NCBI GenBank assembly: GCA_008690995.1
Contig: VRMN01000004.1
Coordinates: 434,001 to 498,000 of the forward strand
Length of the DNA: 64,000 bases
From: Porphyridium purpureum
Lineage: Eukaryota
Direction of reading: 5' to 3'
This document shows positions 62,219-64,000 of this stretch, one piece after another. The translations under genes were made by a program, and so were the position numbers. Numbering within the stretch: position 1 is the first letter of the stretch; each line of letters opens with the position of its first letter. A model generated the notes under the pieces. It did no database searches and was not told the DNA's origin. It saw only the letters and a program-made list of their open reading frames with translations.

Positions 62219-62953
62219 GACTAGCTCCCTCCTCACCTTTCTCACCTTTCCGTCTCCAATTCTCGGCGTCTACTCTTCTCTCCTTTCCTCCTGCTTCGTG
62301 ATCGCGGCAACCACGCTCGCGCCCCCTCAGATCTCTTACAAAACTCTTTCAGCGATGTGCTGCTTGATACGCAAGATGGCGCGGACGAGATATAGATGCT
62401 GGAGACCGAAAAGGCTGTCCTTCGCTGAAGCCTCCTTGCCAAGTGGCCCGGCGCAGCTCTTCGTCGCCTGGTCGTGGAGAGCATAGAGCGAAGGAGGGTC
62501 GCCTTGGTGCAGCCCACTTGACGCCATGGGCCATTTCATCGGATCAGGACGACTGAGGTACATACCGAGACGGTTGGACATGCCAACTGTTCAGGTGCTG
62601 TGATTCACTTGTGCAGTCTTCTGGTTTGTTGTTGCCTGACGGATGGTCTTGTGTCGAGAAGATGGTGGAGCAGGTCTTGGACTTCACGAGAATCTCTTTG
62701 ATATCGGCTCTGTTTGCTGTTTTCACACCAGCGTTTCATCTTTATATAGTCATGCTTTGCGTGACCCTGTGGTCGGTCACATCCGTCCAGCGCGCGTGGC
62801 TTGCTTCCATCCATTGTCAATGGAGAGGTCAATCCACATCACTATACATTTGCACTGTGACAGTTAATGTTCTAGTCGCACTCATCATGCGTCAATCTCT
62901 TAGGTTCGGCATGCGTTGCACGGCGCTTCGTTCGCTGCGGATCCAACTCGTCC

Positions 62954-63340
62954 TTAGTACGATTTGGAAACTCTTCTTCCGCCTCCGCAGCATAGAGTGG
63001 GACACAGGTCATCCTCGAGATTAGTGGTTACCTTGTAGATGCCCATTCTGTCAGAGCCCGAGCCACCAAGGGTGCCGTGGGCACGCCTGGTATATGTTGC
63101 GATGAATTTATCCTCCTCCGCGGCGCGCTGCTCCTCGTCTGGCTCTTCATAGATGGTGCTGAGCGTCGGCCGGAAGCGAGCCAGCCGGCTGGGTCTGAAC
63201 AGGTTTGGCGACAGGTCGATGCACTTGAACTTGAGCTCCAGCAGCGTTGACGACGTGCACGAGGCGGTCAAGAACTGCGTGCGCGCGTCTGCCACGCGCG
63301 CAGCTTGCAGTCGCAGCGACGGTCTCCTCGGCCCGGACAT
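62954..63340 (-). CDS. Small hypothetical protein with ELKF...PTLSTIYEE motif
   Basis: ATG at 63340; shares its motif with ORF 30..275(+). Confidence 0.65.
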   Translation of the reverse strand: MSGPRRPSLRLQAARVADARTQFLTASCTSSTLLELKFKCIDLSPNLFRPSRLARFRPTLSTIYEEPDEEQRAAEEDKFIATYTRRAHGTLGGSGSDRMGIYKVTTNLEDDLCPTLCCGGGRRVSKSY

Positions 63341-63862
63341 GTTCAGTTCGCAAGCATGTGGCCCCACTTCTGACGCGCCGCTCGTGGTGGTCCAGCGGTC
63401 CCACCATGCGAGACGCCCAAGGGCTCGGCCATTAAAGAGAGAGAGAGAGGGACACGGCTTGTACGTTTTCCGTCCGTCCGCCTGTGTGTGTGTGTGTGTG
63501 TGATTGTGAGTGTGCACAAAACGGCATGCGGAGGACGCGTGCGAATCGCTACGCCCCTCGTGCCGTTCATTCCCCTCCTGGCCGGATCATGTGCGTCCAG
63601 GTTGGGCGTACTTACACTGCCGCCATCGTGAAAGGCAGCGCCATTTCGACATTGCGCCGCGGGTTTGCAGTGCGCCTTGATTTCATTCCCACAAGCGACG
63701 GAAGCGGCTTGGCGCTGAGACGTCATGACGCCAGCATCTGAAAGGCCAACCAACCAACCAACCAACCAACCACCTACTGTGGTGGTGGTGTTTTGTTAGT
63801 TGAGGTGCTGGTGTCAACGCCTCAATCCCACACACTCTTCCACGCCGCTCAGTCAAAACACC

Positions 63863-63910
63863 CACACCTACAAACACACCTACAAACACACCTACAAACA
63901 CACCTACAAA
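63863..63910. repeat. 12-bp tandem repeat CACACCTACAAA x4, next to (CA)n and (CCAA)n tracts
   Basis: Units at 63863, 63875, 63887 and 63899. Confidence 0.9.
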
Positions 63911-64000
63911 CACACACACACACACCAACCAAAGAATTCCTCCCGTGCGTGTCAGAGCCGCCTTTCAACAAGTGAAAGACAAAACCAAAACACACATGCA

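Overview
Gene-dense, apparently intronless, fairly GC-rich eukaryotic nuclear DNA. A nuclear-encoded phycobilisome linker (ApcC) with a transit peptide, plus several M-x(0-5)-F plastid presequences, points to a red alga; a Porphyridium-like unicell is my inference, not a database result. About 30 protein genes are recognisable (TMEM258/OST5, KTI12, CELF-like RRM protein, SHAQKYF-class MYB, glyoxalase I, SYF2, SLC25A39/40-like carrier, ValRS, DCP1, MAPK, ApcC, LAMTOR3, BCKDH E1-alpha, EH-domain protein, Vma22/CCDC115, RING-H2 E3, TRAPPC12, ATAD2/Yta7, BRSK-like kinase, CCDC25, ER FKBP and others). Accessory stretches hold decayed Merlin/ISXO2-like and Tc1-like transposases and other probable pseudogenes. 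Most notable: (1) an acyl-CoA-synthetase-like protein that has lost its catalytic motifs and gained a hinge insertion of about 320 aa and a polyproline tail; (2) a 527-codon secreted-protein frame broken only by four in-frame TGA codons; (3) two divergent paralogues of an unrecognised small protein sharing an E[IL]KF...P[ST]L[ES]TIxEE motif at the two ends of the window; (4) two recurrent intergenic motifs (AACGG/CCGTT and GTACAGT), each with a tandemly amplified version in a bidirectional promoter. All family calls come from motif recognition by eye; no searches were run.
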